A stretch of DNA of 64,000 bases, the filler included, from Octopus bimaculoides (lineage: Eukaryota): the NCBI RefSeq assembly GCF_001194135.2. It is 6 parts of 5 records of this genome, joined end to end, with 100 filler letters (N's around TTAATTAATTAA, not from the genome) between each part and the next. Parts side by side here need not be neighbours in the genome. Positions count along the whole stretch, not along the records: positions 24,209 to 52,672 come from NC_069001.1; positions 52,773 to 55,431 come from NC_068984.1; positions 55,532 to 60,315 come from NC_068983.1; positions 60,416 to 62,854 come from NW_026378434.1; positions 62,955 to 64,000 come from NC_068985.1; 1 more part is not named here. The stretch is one strand, 5' to 3'. The position numbers and the translations under genes were made by a program. Under the pieces are notes generated by a model. That model worked only from the letters and a program-made list of their open reading frames with translations. It ran no database searches and was not told the origin of the DNA. Numbering within the stretch: the stretch's first letter is position 1; the number at the start of each line of letters is the position of its first letter. Positions 50,546 through 63,474 of the stretch are shown here, piece by piece.

Positions 50546-52414
50546 TATACATATAAGATTTAGTTGAATAAGGAAGTTAAGTTGGTGCACCTAGTTGCGT
50601 CAGAACAATATACATACACAACAATAATTTGCAAATATCAGCCTTGTTGTATAAGTACTGGCAAAATGAAATCCCTGTGGTGCTTACAGAAAATTAGATT
50701 CTGCTGAGTATACAATCTGCTCATGAGCTAATGAAATATGTACACTTTTATTAAATGCACAGTCTATAATAAGCTTCTGAATATGCAAAGGGTACATTCT
50801 GAGATAGGTAAATAATATATAAATATTGGAATATATTTCATTGTAAAGTATCTATCTAAAGAAACTGGTTTCTTTGGAACTCATATTATGCATTTTTAGT
50901 GAAGAGGCACTAAAATGACATCTGACTTTTTATAACTGTGGTAGTATAATACTTTGTAATGAAATAATAGACAACATTCAAAGGGCTTAACAGAACAATA
51001 TAATTTATTATAAGAGGAAGTGATGATAGCATTAAATCAGAGTTTGCTTGCTAGCATACAAGGTATAGCATTCAGAGATATGGTATAACAGTGTCCTGAG
51101 TGAACAGAAGAAAAGTTTGAGCTACTTGTTGTAGGGTCAAAAATTCAGAAAAAGGTGTATGCAGCATAATAAACATGTAACACTAACTGTTACTGTATAT
51201 TGTAAAATGTGAACAGGATAAATGTTTGAACAGTCCATAAATAGTTATTTAGTTCTAGAGTGTTTCTCCATTAGATGTTGTCCTTGTGGTGGAGTTGAGT
51301 TCAGACAGTGACATGACAATACGTCGTGCTTCTTCCAAAGTCATTAGAAATGGCCGTAATGGATTGACACCTGTCCTTCACTTGTTATTTATTCATATAT
51401 ATTTAGCAGGGAGACCAAATTGATAGTTTGATAACCTGCTAAAATAAACATTAAAAATCAAAGGGAAAAAATAAACAGCCTTGTAAGTTTAACTCAGTAT
51501 TTATTGAACAAGCGAAGTGCGAAATTTAAGAAGTGACTTGTTAGACTATACATGTCTGTGAGGAGATGATAAACAAGCATAGCAAAAATCTGCTATACCA
51601 AAAGAACTGGTAATATGTACATTACAAGTGTTCTATGAAGAGAATATAAGATTGCTGCTTAATTCAACATGGATGTCAAACAATATTAAACATCGTATAA
51701 GGTAAATGAAAGTTTCTGTGGGAACGCTAAAAGTCATATTCACTTAGTGAGTTTACATACGTGAAGATGAATCATGATGTTGTCATTGTCGACATTAGAT
51801 GCAGTAAGAGCCTGTAGTGGTGATATCGGTGGTGATGAATTTCATTGTGTTGTAATGGGGAGAAAGTGGGCAAGGGCTTACTGTGGCATAAGTAAGCTAG
51901 ACTCTCCAAGAGGAGAAAAACTGATCTATTTAAGAAAATTGTTAGGCTCCACAGAGATGTTTAAGGTTTTTCTGCCAAGAGAACATGTGATCCCATTTGA
52001 GCGCATCTGAATGGTTGACCAGGTAATTTGGCATCATTGTTTACAAGACAAATTGCGCATAAAAACTAACTAATCAGAGCAAATGGTTAAAACATGATCT
52101 TTATAGCGTAATATTCTCTGCTATATCCAAACAACTATAAATAAAAGGGAGAGAAAATAGTTTGTCATTTATGCTTATGTCAATCCATTCTGCTATTATA
52201 ACAGTATGTCACAGCTATTACATCATCTTCAAGTTGGTGTGTTAACTCTAGGTTATATACAGTATGTTTATACATATACAATATACACACATATATATAA
52301 ATCTTCAAAGAACATAATAGAAACACAGAAACAGTGGAATAATGCAATTTTGTTTAAATGAACACACACACTCCTGTAGTATGTATACACACACAAATAC
52401 ATGTATAAGTGTAG

Positions 52415-52460
<46 letters not shown>

Positions 52461-52462
<2 letters not shown>

Positions 52463-52672
52463 TCATCGTTTAACGTCCGCTTTCCATGCTAGCATGGGTT
52501 GGACGATTTGACTGAGGACTGGTGCAACCGGATGGCTACACCAGGCTCCAATCTAATTTGGCAGAGTTTCTACAGCTGGATGCCCTTCCTAACGCCAACC
52601 ACTCAGAGAGTGTAGTGGGTGCTTTTACGTGTCACCCGCATGAAAACGGCCACGCTCGAAATGGTGTCTTTT
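52461..52672 (-). mobile_element. Young RTE LINE 3' end, runs into a gap
   Basis: Nearly identical to 39608-39816 and 47565-47810. Confidence 0.92.
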
Positions 52673-54361
52673 NNNNNNNNNNNNNNNNNNNNNNNNNNNN
52701 NNNNNNNNNNNNNNNNTTAATTAATTAANNNNNNNNNNNNNNNNNNNNNNNNNNNNNNNNNNNNNNNNNNNNATATATATATATATATATATATATATAC
52801 ACGCCTGGTTAGTGAACAAAAATAATGAATAACAGGCTGATGAAGGCCGATATTTCTGAGTATCGTGGCCAAAGATGAGCAATTATCATAAATTATTCCT
52901 TCAGACGTGTGGAGGAATAATTTAAAGACACTTTCTAAATGAAAAATTTGGATAATTATGGTGTATGGAGGCCCCGAAACATTCTTACACAGAAGTTATT
53001 TTTAAATTCCCCTTTTTCTGTATCCGTACATTTGAAGATATAGTCACTCATCTGTACCAATGGGACTTAGCGAGCTTTTGCACTGTGTCAGTGTATCTAT
53101 CGTTATATATGACCATCCATGTTTCTCTCATCTATTCGTCGATGTATCTATCCATATAGATTGGTAAGTAGATTGACGACGTCGCGTTCTTTTCAGTAAA
53201 TACACGCTCATTGTCTCCGTTCACCTCTTCTCTCTACTGTACTAAACTACCTTGCGCTAAACACGTTCTATTTCTTTCTGTTTTCTCTAACCTTGCCTTC
53301 AAGTAACTATTTAATGACATATCAAATGCAACTCCTTTCTTTAAACTTCCACCGATAACACTATTCTCTCTTTCACTTTTCACCTCTACTTTCAAATAAC
53401 CCAATAAGCTTAGCTTAATCTATAAATGTTAAACAGACTTATAAATGGAAGAACATATATATTATTAAACAGCACAAAAATAACACGGTCAACATAACTG
53501 TAGTGATTATGACGACAGTATTTACAATAATCTCTACGGAGAGCTTAAAATTATGTTCACGGGCAGCCCTAACTGGAAAACCTACGATATGTTTTTCCTG
53601 AACCACGATATGGTGATGACCCTTCAGCTACATGTGGGAGATAAAGCTACTCAGGGGAGAAGTAAATTAATTAAAACTCAGAACATTAAATTAGAACCAG
53701 TCACTGAAATAAGAGAATTAGTAAAGAACCATTCAGACAGAAACTTAGAAGGTGAAACTGATAAGACACACTACATACAAATGAAGGAGAAAATTAAAAA
53801 AAAAAAATAGACCGCAGTCTCAGACTAATTTAAAAGAAAGCTGATAAAAGATAACAGCAAAACATCAGAAAAATAATTTAAATGAAAATTAAAGACAAAT
53901 GAAAATTAAATTCCAAATTATACCAGAGAAAAAGAATATTCGTGTAAAAGCCTAAATCGAATATATGACACAACATGACTACAGTAATCTGGAGCATGAT
54001 TGTACAGACTGAGATGTGAATCTATATTCTTTAGTAGACATCTAGAAGGCTTCTAACTAAACCATTGCACGGAAAGAAGTCGAAAAACTAAAAAAAGCAC
54101 GTTAAGTCCTCAAGCTTTATCACTTACTAACTAAAACGAATCGCTGAAGTAATTCAAGAACGAACAAAACAAATCCCACAGAAAAGCAGAATATTTCATT
54201 TGCAAGCAGAATCCTACACTACTAAACAACAATACTGCAAACATTTGAGGAATATTGGAGAGCTGACGACAGTGTAATGGAAGTTCAGACATAACGATTA
54301 AAATAATAAAAACAACATCAACGAAAAGGAACAATACAAGAACCCCACCACTACCACCACC

Positions 54362-54396
<35 letters not shown>

Positions 54397-54435
54397 TAGT
54401 GATAATTATAATAATAATTATAATAATAATAATGA

Positions 54436-54990
54436 ATGCCCTGATGCAGTACCAAGCACTGACTCTCGAGGCTTTTTATCTTCACTGACTGGAATTGTTA
54501 TCGTGTACATTATTTTGTCTTGGTATAAAAGATGGGCTACAGCAAATATTCTGCTCAATACCACAGATTTCCTTGTCAGTTGCTTGACCTTAACCAGTTG
54601 CGCATGTCCCTTAGTGGCTGACGTTATGTGCTTCTCTGATCACGAGTAGAAGTAGTGGGGAAGTATAATAGCCATGTGACGAGATGGATTCTTTGGAGAT
54701 TGGATAATTCACCATTGGAAACGCAGGTGTTTCGTTCACCATCCTCAAAACCCCTTATTTGGGGATTTTTGAGCGGGATGGGCTACTCGATCTGAAGAAA
54801 ATTCTAACTGGGCCCCGCCTGCAAGGTTATGCGCTGTTTATCTTGATATGAGATCACCATGTCATACACATACAGTTGTGATGCATGTAACTGGTGTACC
54901 CTTATCAGACGGGTAATCATGATGGCTGTATTGGGCTTCGTATATTTCACTCCAGTGTCATTTTGATGTCTTGCACTGGTCTCCCACTCG
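54436..54990. mobile_element. ~555-bp interspersed repeat inserted in a (TAA)n tract (probable non-autonomous retroposon/LINE 3' UTR)
   Basis: Moderately GC-rich unit gaatgccctgatgcagtacc...ggtctcccactcg flanked by (TAA)n at 54361-54435 and 54991-55120. I recall it as an octopus repeat but have not checked this. Confidence 0.55.
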
Positions 54991-55189
<199 letters not shown>

Positions 55190-55531
55190 TTACGCATACA
55201 CTCGAACGTGTACACAATGATATATACGTTTTGATACTCATAGAACTACACATGCATCTTAATGTTTACACAACTACGGGAAAATCACGGGACACACTCA
55301 CGCATACGAAAACACATATCACAAACGAAGCAAAACCAAAACTTTTTTTCTTCTTTATTTATTTTCATTTTGTGAACAAACACAGACAGTGAAACATTCA
55401 TAAGTTTAAAACGCCACACACACACACACACNNNNNNNNNNNNNNNNNNNNNNNNNNNNNNNNNNNNNNNNNNNNTTAATTAATTAANNNNNNNNNNNNN
55501 NNNNNNNNNNNNNNNNNNNNNNNNNNNNNNN

Positions 55532-55860
55532 GATGTTGATAAAAGTTCCAATGAAGGAGCTTGAATCTATGTTAGAGTCCGGCTCTTTCTCTATGGACAA
55601 GAAATACAGAAATGAAACTGATTGATAACATACATACATACGAGCATGTCTAGAGATGCAACCATGCGCATGAGAATACATACATAAAACAAAACACACA
55701 AATCTCATATATTCATACATACATAGAAAATAATCTGTCAATGTTGTTGAAATTACAATGCAAGAGCCTTGGATCTAAGTTAGAAACTGGCTCTTTCTCT
55801 ATTGGCAAGAAATCTTGAAATAAAACTGAATAATGGCATACATACATACATACATATATA
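55532..55860 (+). repeat. Two diverged tandem copies (~210-bp spacing) of a retroposon 3' end with (CATA)n tail
   Basis: gagcttgaatctatgttagagtccggctctttctctatggacaagaaat...catacatac versus gagccttggatctaagttagaaactggctctttctctattggcaagaaat...catacatac. Confidence 0.7.
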
Positions 55861-55869
55861 CGGTATATG

Positions 55870-56425
55870 ATGATGGCTGTCTACTCATGACCAAAGAAGA
55901 CCATCACTGACCATTGCACATGCAGAAGCCAGCAATGTTCGTGCATGAGGTTTTTGCACTAGCAGTCGGCTTCACTGGGTTCGCGTCCGCTGTTTCTATG
56001 CTCAGCGCGGTGCCTCACCGGCGAATGAACTTACTCATATTTTAAATGCAATAAGACTTGCACAACATTTCACAGACCCTCTCCATCCTACTGACATGAT
56101 CCTAAGAAGGCCAGGGCAATATTTCCAGTGCCATTATGGGTCACAGGTTACATATCTGCATATCTGGTTTTATATCAGAGTCACCTTCTCTTAAAAATAT
56201 GTTTTAACAAAAGCTAAGGGGCGCATTACTCCACATGATCTTCCAGCATGCCGGATACCAGAATTTCTGAGGGTCCGTGCTATTTCAGGATGGTCGATGA
56301 ACCTAATTTACGTTAACCTATCCTTTTGACAAGTCTTCTTTTCAGTCTTGCTGGGTTTCTAACAACCTTCCACACCAGACAAGCCTAGTGGGGGCGCCGG
56401 TTTAGTCGCCGACCACCCGTAACAA
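55870..56425 (+). mobile_element. Non-LTR retrotransposon 3' fragment, clade unresolved
   Basis: Coding-like AIRLAQHFTDPLHPTDMILRRPGQYFQCHYG...KAKGRITPHDLPACRIPEFLRVRAISGWSMNL, followed by stem-loop gtgggggcgccggtttagtcgccgaccac. Confidence 0.5.
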
Positions 56426-56518
56426 GTTGTGCTGGATTCCATGCAATCAGTAGCACTTATGAGATTCCTCACAAATGTCCCCGCCCGCCCGCACACACAA
56501 ACACACATACACAGAACG

Positions 56519-56572
<54 letters not shown>

Positions 56573-56945
56573 TATGTATGTATATACATATATACATATA
56601 TATATATATGTATGCATATATATATATATATGTATATNNNNNNNNNNNNNNNNNNNNNNNNNNNNNNNNNNNNNNNNNNNNNNNNNNNNNNNNNNNNNNN
56701 NNNNNNNNNNNNNNNNNNNNNNNNNNNNNNNNNNNNNNNNNNNNNNNNNNNNNNNNNNNNNNNNNNNNNNNNNNNNNNNNNNNNNNNNNNNNNNNNNNNN
56801 NNNNNNNNNNNNNNNNNNNNNNNNNNNNNNNNNNNNNNNNNNNNNNNNNNNNNNNNNNNNNNNNNNNNNNNNNNNNNNNNNNNNNNNNNNNNNNNNNNNN
56901 NNNNNNNNNNNNNNNNNNNNNNNNNNNNNNNNNNNNNNNNNNNNN

Positions 56946-56998
<53 letters not shown>

Positions 56999-57084
56999 CC
57001 TACATACATATGTATGTATGCACATATATATGTATGACCTCACACACACACACATACATACACACACATGTATGCATGTATGTA

Positions 57085-57545
57085 TTGCGGAGCGAACGCA
57101 CATCTGTTGTTAGCGACAGAATCAAAGCAAGGGAAACAGAGAGAAGAGTGCGTCATTTGATCCAGTGCGCTCAACAAGGACAGATGACGAAATGGGAGGA
57201 ATATGATGTTGAGAGAAAAATAAGTTGGAACGAGATATGGAGTTGGACTTCATCACAGCTAGGTTTTCTGATTCGTTCATCCTACGATGTCTTGCCATCA
57301 CCTACAAATCTAGTAAGATGGAATGTCTCAGAAAATGATATATGAATATGCGGAAAAGTCGGATTGTTGAAACATATTCTATCCAACTTCACTGGCATTG
57401 AATAGATATAGATGGAGATAAAATCTGGTCCTTAAGGTTACCTTCAATGCTATAAAGAGGCAGATTGCTGTCACCAACACTGGCAAAAAACCATTGAAAG
57501 AACCAGCCAGAGGTTTCATTCATAATGAAAACGGGGATTTTTGGC
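57085..57545 (+). mobile_element. HERO-clade (R2-group) LINE fragment, RT C-terminal region to zinc finger
   Basis: QQGQMTKWEEYDVERKISWNEIW...GFLIRSSYDVLPSPTNLVRW...ICGKVGLLKHILSN..LALNRYRWR*N.VLK. Confidence 0.85.
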
Positions 57546-58539
57546 AAAAAAAAAAAAAAAAAAAAAANNNNNNNNNNNNNNNNNNNNNNNNNNNNNNNNN
57601 NNNNNNNNNNNNNNNNNNNNNNNNNNNNNNNNNNNNNNNNNNNNNNNNNTACGCACACATACATAGAAAATGTGAGGTCATGGTAGGTACGCACACATAC
57701 ATAGAAAATGTGAGGTCATGGTAGAAAATTTTTACGATAGTTGATTTATGGAAAAGATTATGTTAAATTTTTGAAATGCAAATCTGTGAATGAAAATTAA
57801 GTTCAGACCTCTACATGGTAGGTAGACCTGGTAGAAATAGCAGCCAAATCTCTCTCAAAACACCCTACTGTATAAATGCGACAATTCTGCGTATTATGTA
57901 GTTTGAATGAGAAACTGTAACTAAAGATGAAGATAATTAACCCCACAGAGATGTGAAAGAAGAGAGACAGCATAGCGAAAGTTTTGGCTGTAGTCCTCTT
58001 GTTGCTGTGTGAGCAACTGGTTGTTTTAATGGCGGAACAAAGAGGGGATTTACATTAGAAAATGTTTTAATCGATTTTCTCGGTAAATATGGGGGCTAGG
58101 AAAAAATAGAAGAGGTATTAAGAATTTGACGTTAAGAATTGCTTTAACAGTTAGAAAATGTTTGACATTTCAATCATCACCAAAAAATGAAGCTGTAAGA
58201 ATTTACGGGGAAATTGTATGTATGTATGTATGTATGTATGTATGTGTGTGTGCACATACATACACACACATGCACATATATACACGTACACAAAGAGCGC
58301 GAGAAAGAAAAAAGAAAGGGAGAGAGAAACAAACAAATGTGTATGAGATATCATACAAGGTAGATTTTTGTTTCATTGAAATACTTTCCGCTTCCAGAAC
58401 AGGTAAAACAACTCCAAATGCGAAGGGGCAGTAGTTTCAGAAATTCTTTGAAACTGAAATAGCCATTAAGGAGAAAACAAAATGATTGCATGGCGACAGG
58501 AAAACGGTGGTGGAAATTTGCTAACGACAAATATCGACT

Positions 58540-58795
58540 TCAAGTTTTGGCACAAGGCCAGCAGTTTTGAGGGAGAAGCTGAGTCGATTTAATCGCCCCT
58601 AGTGCTCAACTGGTAACTATTTTGTCGAGTCCGAAAGGATGTAAGGCAAAGTCGATCCCGGCGGAATTTGAGCTCAGAACGTAACGTCGGAAGAAATGCC
58701 GCTAAACGATTCTACCAGCTAAACGATTCTACAGGTGAAATGCCGATATGCCTCCAAGCATTTTGACCGGCATACTAACGATTCTGTCAGCTCGC
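58540..58795 (-). mobile_element. tRNA-derived SINE (family of 15586) with internal duplication
   Basis: aaggcaaagtcgatcccggcggaatttgagctcagaacgtaacg...ctaacgattctgtcagctcgc. Confidence 0.85.
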
Positions 58796-58941
58796 TGTCA
58801 TCAACTTTTGCTACCTTTAAGATAGCGTGTTCGCACTAACAAACTTACGCAGGCAAATACGCGTATATACATACATACACACATACATGCGTACACACAT
58901 GAATACACACATTACATACATACATACATACGTATGTGCGT

Positions 58942-59023
<82 letters not shown>

Positions 59024-59504
59024 TATATGCGCACATACACACAAAATTCAATTACATTCAGATTACTGAAAATCCTGCAAAACACCTTTGTCGTTGTTAT
59101 TGTTGTTGAATTTATTAATCTAATCTGCACTCATTAAACCTGCATGTTGTCTCACACCTAGACACTGTTTGTATTTATATGAATGTGCACGGTTGCGTGT
59201 ATATATATGTGTATATGTGTAAGCGCGTGTGTGCGTGTGGGCCTGTATGTATTAGCGTGCAAATGTTAGTATGTATGTATAGATGTTGAGTGTATATGTG
59301 CGTGTTTATATGTGAATATGCGTGTAGAGAGTAGCGTATGAGTAGTGCTTGTGTAGGCATATATGTATGTATTGATGTATATATGTATGCATGCTTATAT
59401 GTACGTGTGTGTGTGTGTGTGTATGTATATTGTATACATAGATGTATGTATTTCATGCATGCATGCATGTATGCATGTATATATATATATGCATGTATGT
59501 ATCC

Positions 59505-59535
<31 letters not shown>

Positions 59536-59781
59536 TCCTTATGTATGTATGTATGTATGTATGTATGTATGTATGTATGTATGTATATTTAAATATAGTT
59601 GCGTACACCTGTCTCTGAGTTTTATGTGTCACTACGTCTGCGTTTGTTTACGGTGGATATATCTCAGTGTGTGTGTGTGTGTGTGTGTATTTATGTATGT
59701 ATGAATTTGTATATATGAGTGTAAGTTTGTATATCTGTCCGTGTATGCGTGTGTGTGCGTGTGTGGATTTGCATTCCCAAG

Positions 59782-59896
59782 GGTACGATTGTGTTTAGGA
59801 GAACCCTGTAAACAGCAGCCATGGAGTGCAGCGCCAGAGGGCGAGCAGTCAGAGATAAGCGATGTCTGTGGGTGGCTGTCACAGAGTACCTGGAGG
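59782..59896 (+). CDS. Candidate exon: first coding exon from ATG 59821 (MECSARGRAVRDKRCLWVAVTEYLE) or internal exon (xVRLCLGEPCKQQPWSAAPEGEQSEISDVCGWLSQSTWR)
   Basis: GC-rich island among microsatellites; GCCATGG Kozak context; donor GAGG|GTAAGA at 59897; acceptor ttgcattcccaag. Confidence 0.4.
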
Positions 59897-60002
59897 GTAA
59901 GATTTATATGTATGTCTGTGTGTCCTGCTGTCCATCAGCTGTCATATCCACTAAGTTTTACGATGGTTAACAAGAGTCGTGTTAAGACCACCGCCATCAT
60001 TA

Positions 60003-60218
60003 ACACCACCACCACCACTACCACCACCACCACCACTACCACCACCACACCACCAGCATCAGCACCAGCACAAGCAGCAGCAGCAACAGCAGCACTACCA
60101 CCACTACAACAAAAAAACACTACTACAACCAACACAACCACCACCATCACCATCATCACTACTACCACCTCCACCACCTTCAGAACGGTCACCAACACTC
60201 GTGCTGCTGCTGCTGCTG

Positions 60219-60279
<61 letters not shown>

Positions 60280-60315
60280 AACCACCGCCGCTGCTGCTGC
60301 TACTGCTGCCGTTAC
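60003..60315. repeat. Compound trinucleotide tract (ACC)n/(AGC)n/(GCT)n/(CTA)n
   Basis: Direct reading of the sequence. Confidence 0.95.
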
Positions 60316-60415
60316 NNNNNNNNNNNNNNNNNNNNNNNNNNNNNNNNNNNNNNNNNNNNTTAATTAATTAANNNNNNNNNNNNNNNNNNNNNNNNNNNNN
60401 NNNNNNNNNNNNNNN

Positions 60416-62854
60416 GAACGTACATGAGTACATACGAACGACTGAACGTACGGACAAACGAAAGAATCTACATACGTCCGTACGAACGAACGATAGTACG
60501 TACGTACAAATGAAGGAACGAACTAACGAATGAACAAACGTAGGAACGTACGAATGAAAGAACAAACGTACGTACATACGTAGGTATGAACGAAAGTACG
60601 TTTGCACGAACGAACGTTATGTACAAAGGAACGAACGAAAGCATCTACATAAGTACTAACGGGCGAATGAACGTATGTACGAACGATAGTACAAACGAAG
60701 GAACTAAATATCGTATGTACGTGCGAACGAAAGAACGTAGGTACTTACGAACGATTTTACGTACATACATACGAACGAAGGAACTACCGAACGTACGTAC
60801 GTAGATAAGTGCGTATGAACGAATGTACGTACGTACGAATGAACTAAAAAATCTCACGGACGGACGAACGATCATACGTACGTAGGTACGAAATGAGTGA
60901 ACGGACGTGCGTACGAACGATCGAACAAAGGAATGAAGGAACTACGTACGGTTGGACGAATGAAAGCATCTACATACCTCCGTACGTACGAGCGAATGAA
61001 CGTATGTACGAACGATAGTATGCACTAACGGACGAACGAACTAAATATCGCATGTACGTAATTACGTATGTAGGAACGTACGTTCGTACGAACGAAGTAT
61101 CAAATGAACGAGCGAATGTTGGAACGTAGGTACGTACGTACGAATGCACAATGAACGTAAGTACGTANNNNNNNNNNNNNNNNNNNNNNNNNNNNNNNNN
61201 NNNNNNNNNNNNNNNNNNNNNNNNNNNNNNNNNNNNNNNNNNNNNNNNNNNNNNNNNNNNNNNNNNNNNNNNNNNNNNNNNNNNNNNNNNNNNNNNNNNN
61301 NNNNNNNNNNNNNNNNNNGTATGAGCGAACGAATGTACGTACGTACGAATGAACAAACGAACGTACATACGTACGAACTAACTAAAGGATGAACTGACGA
61401 ACGAACTTACGTAAATACGTATGAACGAACGATCGAACAAACAAAAGAAAGAACGAATAAAGGAACGTAGGTACAAGCGAATGAAAGAACGTAAGTACGT
61501 ACATTCGAACGGACGAACGAAAGCATCTACATACCTCCGTATGTGCGAATGAACCTATGTACGAACGAACGAAATGAAGGAACGAGCGAACGTACATATG
61601 TACGAATGAACGTACGAACGAACTAAATATCGTATGTACGTAATTACGTATGTACGATCGAACTTAAGTACGTATTAACGAACGTAGGAATGTACGTTCG
61701 TACGAACGATCCAACGAAAGAACGTAGGTACTTACGAATGTACGTATGAATGAACGAACGATCTTACGTACGTATATACATACGAACGAAAGAACTGGCG
61801 AACGTACGTAGATAAGTGCGTATGAACGAACGAATAGAGAAGCGTACGTACGAACGAACTGACTAAAGAATGAACCAGCGAAAGAACTCACGGACTTACG
61901 TGCGAATGAACTTACGTACGAACGTAGGTACGAAAGAATGAGTGAACGGGCGTACGAAAGAACGAACGGACCAATGAAGGAACGAATAAACGAACGAAAG
62001 CATCTACATACCTCCGCACGTGCGAATGTACGTACGTACGAATGCATAATGAATGAACGCACGTACTTATGTACGTTGGTTTCTTCGTACCTACGTTTCA
62101 TTGGANNNNNNNNNNTACGTTCATTCATTCTTTCTTTTGTTTGTTCGATCGTTCGTTAGTCATTCTTACGTACGTTCGTTCGGACGTATGCTCGCTCGTT
62201 CTTTCGTGCCTACGTACGTTCGTTCGCTAGTTCCATCGCTCGTATGTACGTACTTACGTTCGTTCGCTCATTTATACGCACGTTCGTTTGTACGTACGTT
62301 CGATCGTACATACGATATTTAGTTCGTTCGTACGTACGGAGGTATGTAGATGCTTTCGTTCGTACATACTTACGTTCGTTCTTTCTTCTGTTTGTTCGAT
62401 CGTACGTTCATTGGTCCGTTCTTATGTACTTTCGCACGTACGTACGATCGTTCATACGTATTTACGTACGTAAGTTTGTTCGTTGGTTCGGTCGGTCGTA
62501 CGTACCTTAGTTCTTTCGTTGGTTCATTCTTTATTTAGTTCGTTCATACGCACTTATCTACGTTCGTTCGTACGTAAATACTTACGTACATACGTTCGTT
62601 CGCTTATTCGTATGTACCTTCGTTCTTTTGTACGTACGAAAGTACGTTCATTAGTTCGTTCTTGCGTTGGTATGTACGTTCGTTCGGTCGTATGTACCTT
62701 CGCTCGTACCTTTTCGTACGTACGTTCATTCGCTCGTACGTACGGAGGTATGTAGATGCTTTCGTACGTACATACTTACGTTCGTTCTTTCTTTTGTTTG
62801 TTCGTTCATTAGTCCGTTCTTACGTACGTTCGTTCGTTATTTCCTGCCTACGTG
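60416..62854. repeat. CpG-rich satellite built from ACGA/ACGT tetramers with higher-order blocks; orientation inverts at ~62070
   Basis: gaac/gtac units up to ~62065, gttc/gtac afterwards; marker gaaagcatctacatacctccg on + at 60962, 61519, 61997 (variants at 60460, 60637) and reverse-complemented at ~62336 and ~62742. Confidence 0.95.
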
Positions 62855-62973
62855 NNNNNNNNNNNNNNNNNNNNNNNNNNNNNNNNNNNNNNNNNNNNTT
62901 AATTAATTAANNNNNNNNNNNNNNNNNNNNNNNNNNNNNNNNNNNNNNNNNNNNTCTCTCTCTCTCTCTCTCA

Positions 62974-63013
<40 letters not shown>

Positions 63014-63124
63014 CTATCGCTGTTATATATATTTAATACTATATTAGAAGGAAAAGCAAAACCAAGGCAAAACGATGATCTCAAGTCATTTAGAATAATT
63101 TAATTAGGGTAAGGTGAATTTGGA

Positions 63125-63200
63125 GTCTTACAGCCGTTTCCTAGATAACTTAAGTGTTAGATTAGCATGTCTACGTACTGGGGGTTCCGTCTTCAGAGAC
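63125..63200 (-). ncRNA. Type I hammerhead ribozyme-like motif (extended stem II, minimal stem III)
   Basis: Minus strand: GTCT-CTGAAGA-CGGAA...CTAG-GAAAC-GGCT-GTA-AGAC; stem I GTCT/AGAC, GUA cleavage triplet, near-palindromic ACGGCTGT stem III; stem II base imperfect. Confidence 0.6.
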
Positions 63201-63396
63201 AAAGTATGAATAATTTATGCAAGGAAAATTTATAACTTACAAGAAATAAAATAGATTCACAGTTTATAAGGAATAAGCTAGAAGACTAAAGGAATAAATA
63301 AGGAATAAAATGTGAATCTATTTCATTCCTTAAACTGTAAATGTACTTTATTATTTATAAACGCTAAATTTTCCATGTCTAAAATATTCATACCTT

Positions 63397-63474
63397 GTCT
63401 CTGATGACGGAACACCCTGTGGGTGTACATGTTAAGCTACTACTTGGGATATCCTAGAAACGGCTATAAGTGTT
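63397..63474 (+). ncRNA. Degenerate hammerhead-like motif (second arm)
   Basis: GTCT-CTGATGA-CGGA-acaccc tgt gggtgt...TCC-TA-GAAAC-GGCT-ATA-AG; canonical core, but G16.2 is A and the stem I 3' strand is damaged. Confidence 0.45.

Noticed and set aside
52837-52885. CTGATGA-AGGCC...GGCC-AAAG hammerhead-like motif (similar weak cases at 28950, 37060-37120 and 41210-41260)
   Set aside because: Stem II is present, but the G of GAAA, the cleavage triplet and stem I cannot be assigned; at most decayed Penelope stubs.
57650-57724. 38-bp exact tandem duplication next to a gap
   Set aside because: Probably a contig-end artefact; no further structure.
59741-60371. 208-aa mucin-like poly-Thr/Ala ORF and poly-Pro/Gln ORF
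   Set aside because: Arise from pure trinucleotide tracts, start in microsatellite and end in a gap; only the 59782-59896 part has exon signals.
60368-62910. Many RSFV/TNER-repeat ORFs
   Set aside because: Translations of the ACGA/ACGT satellite.
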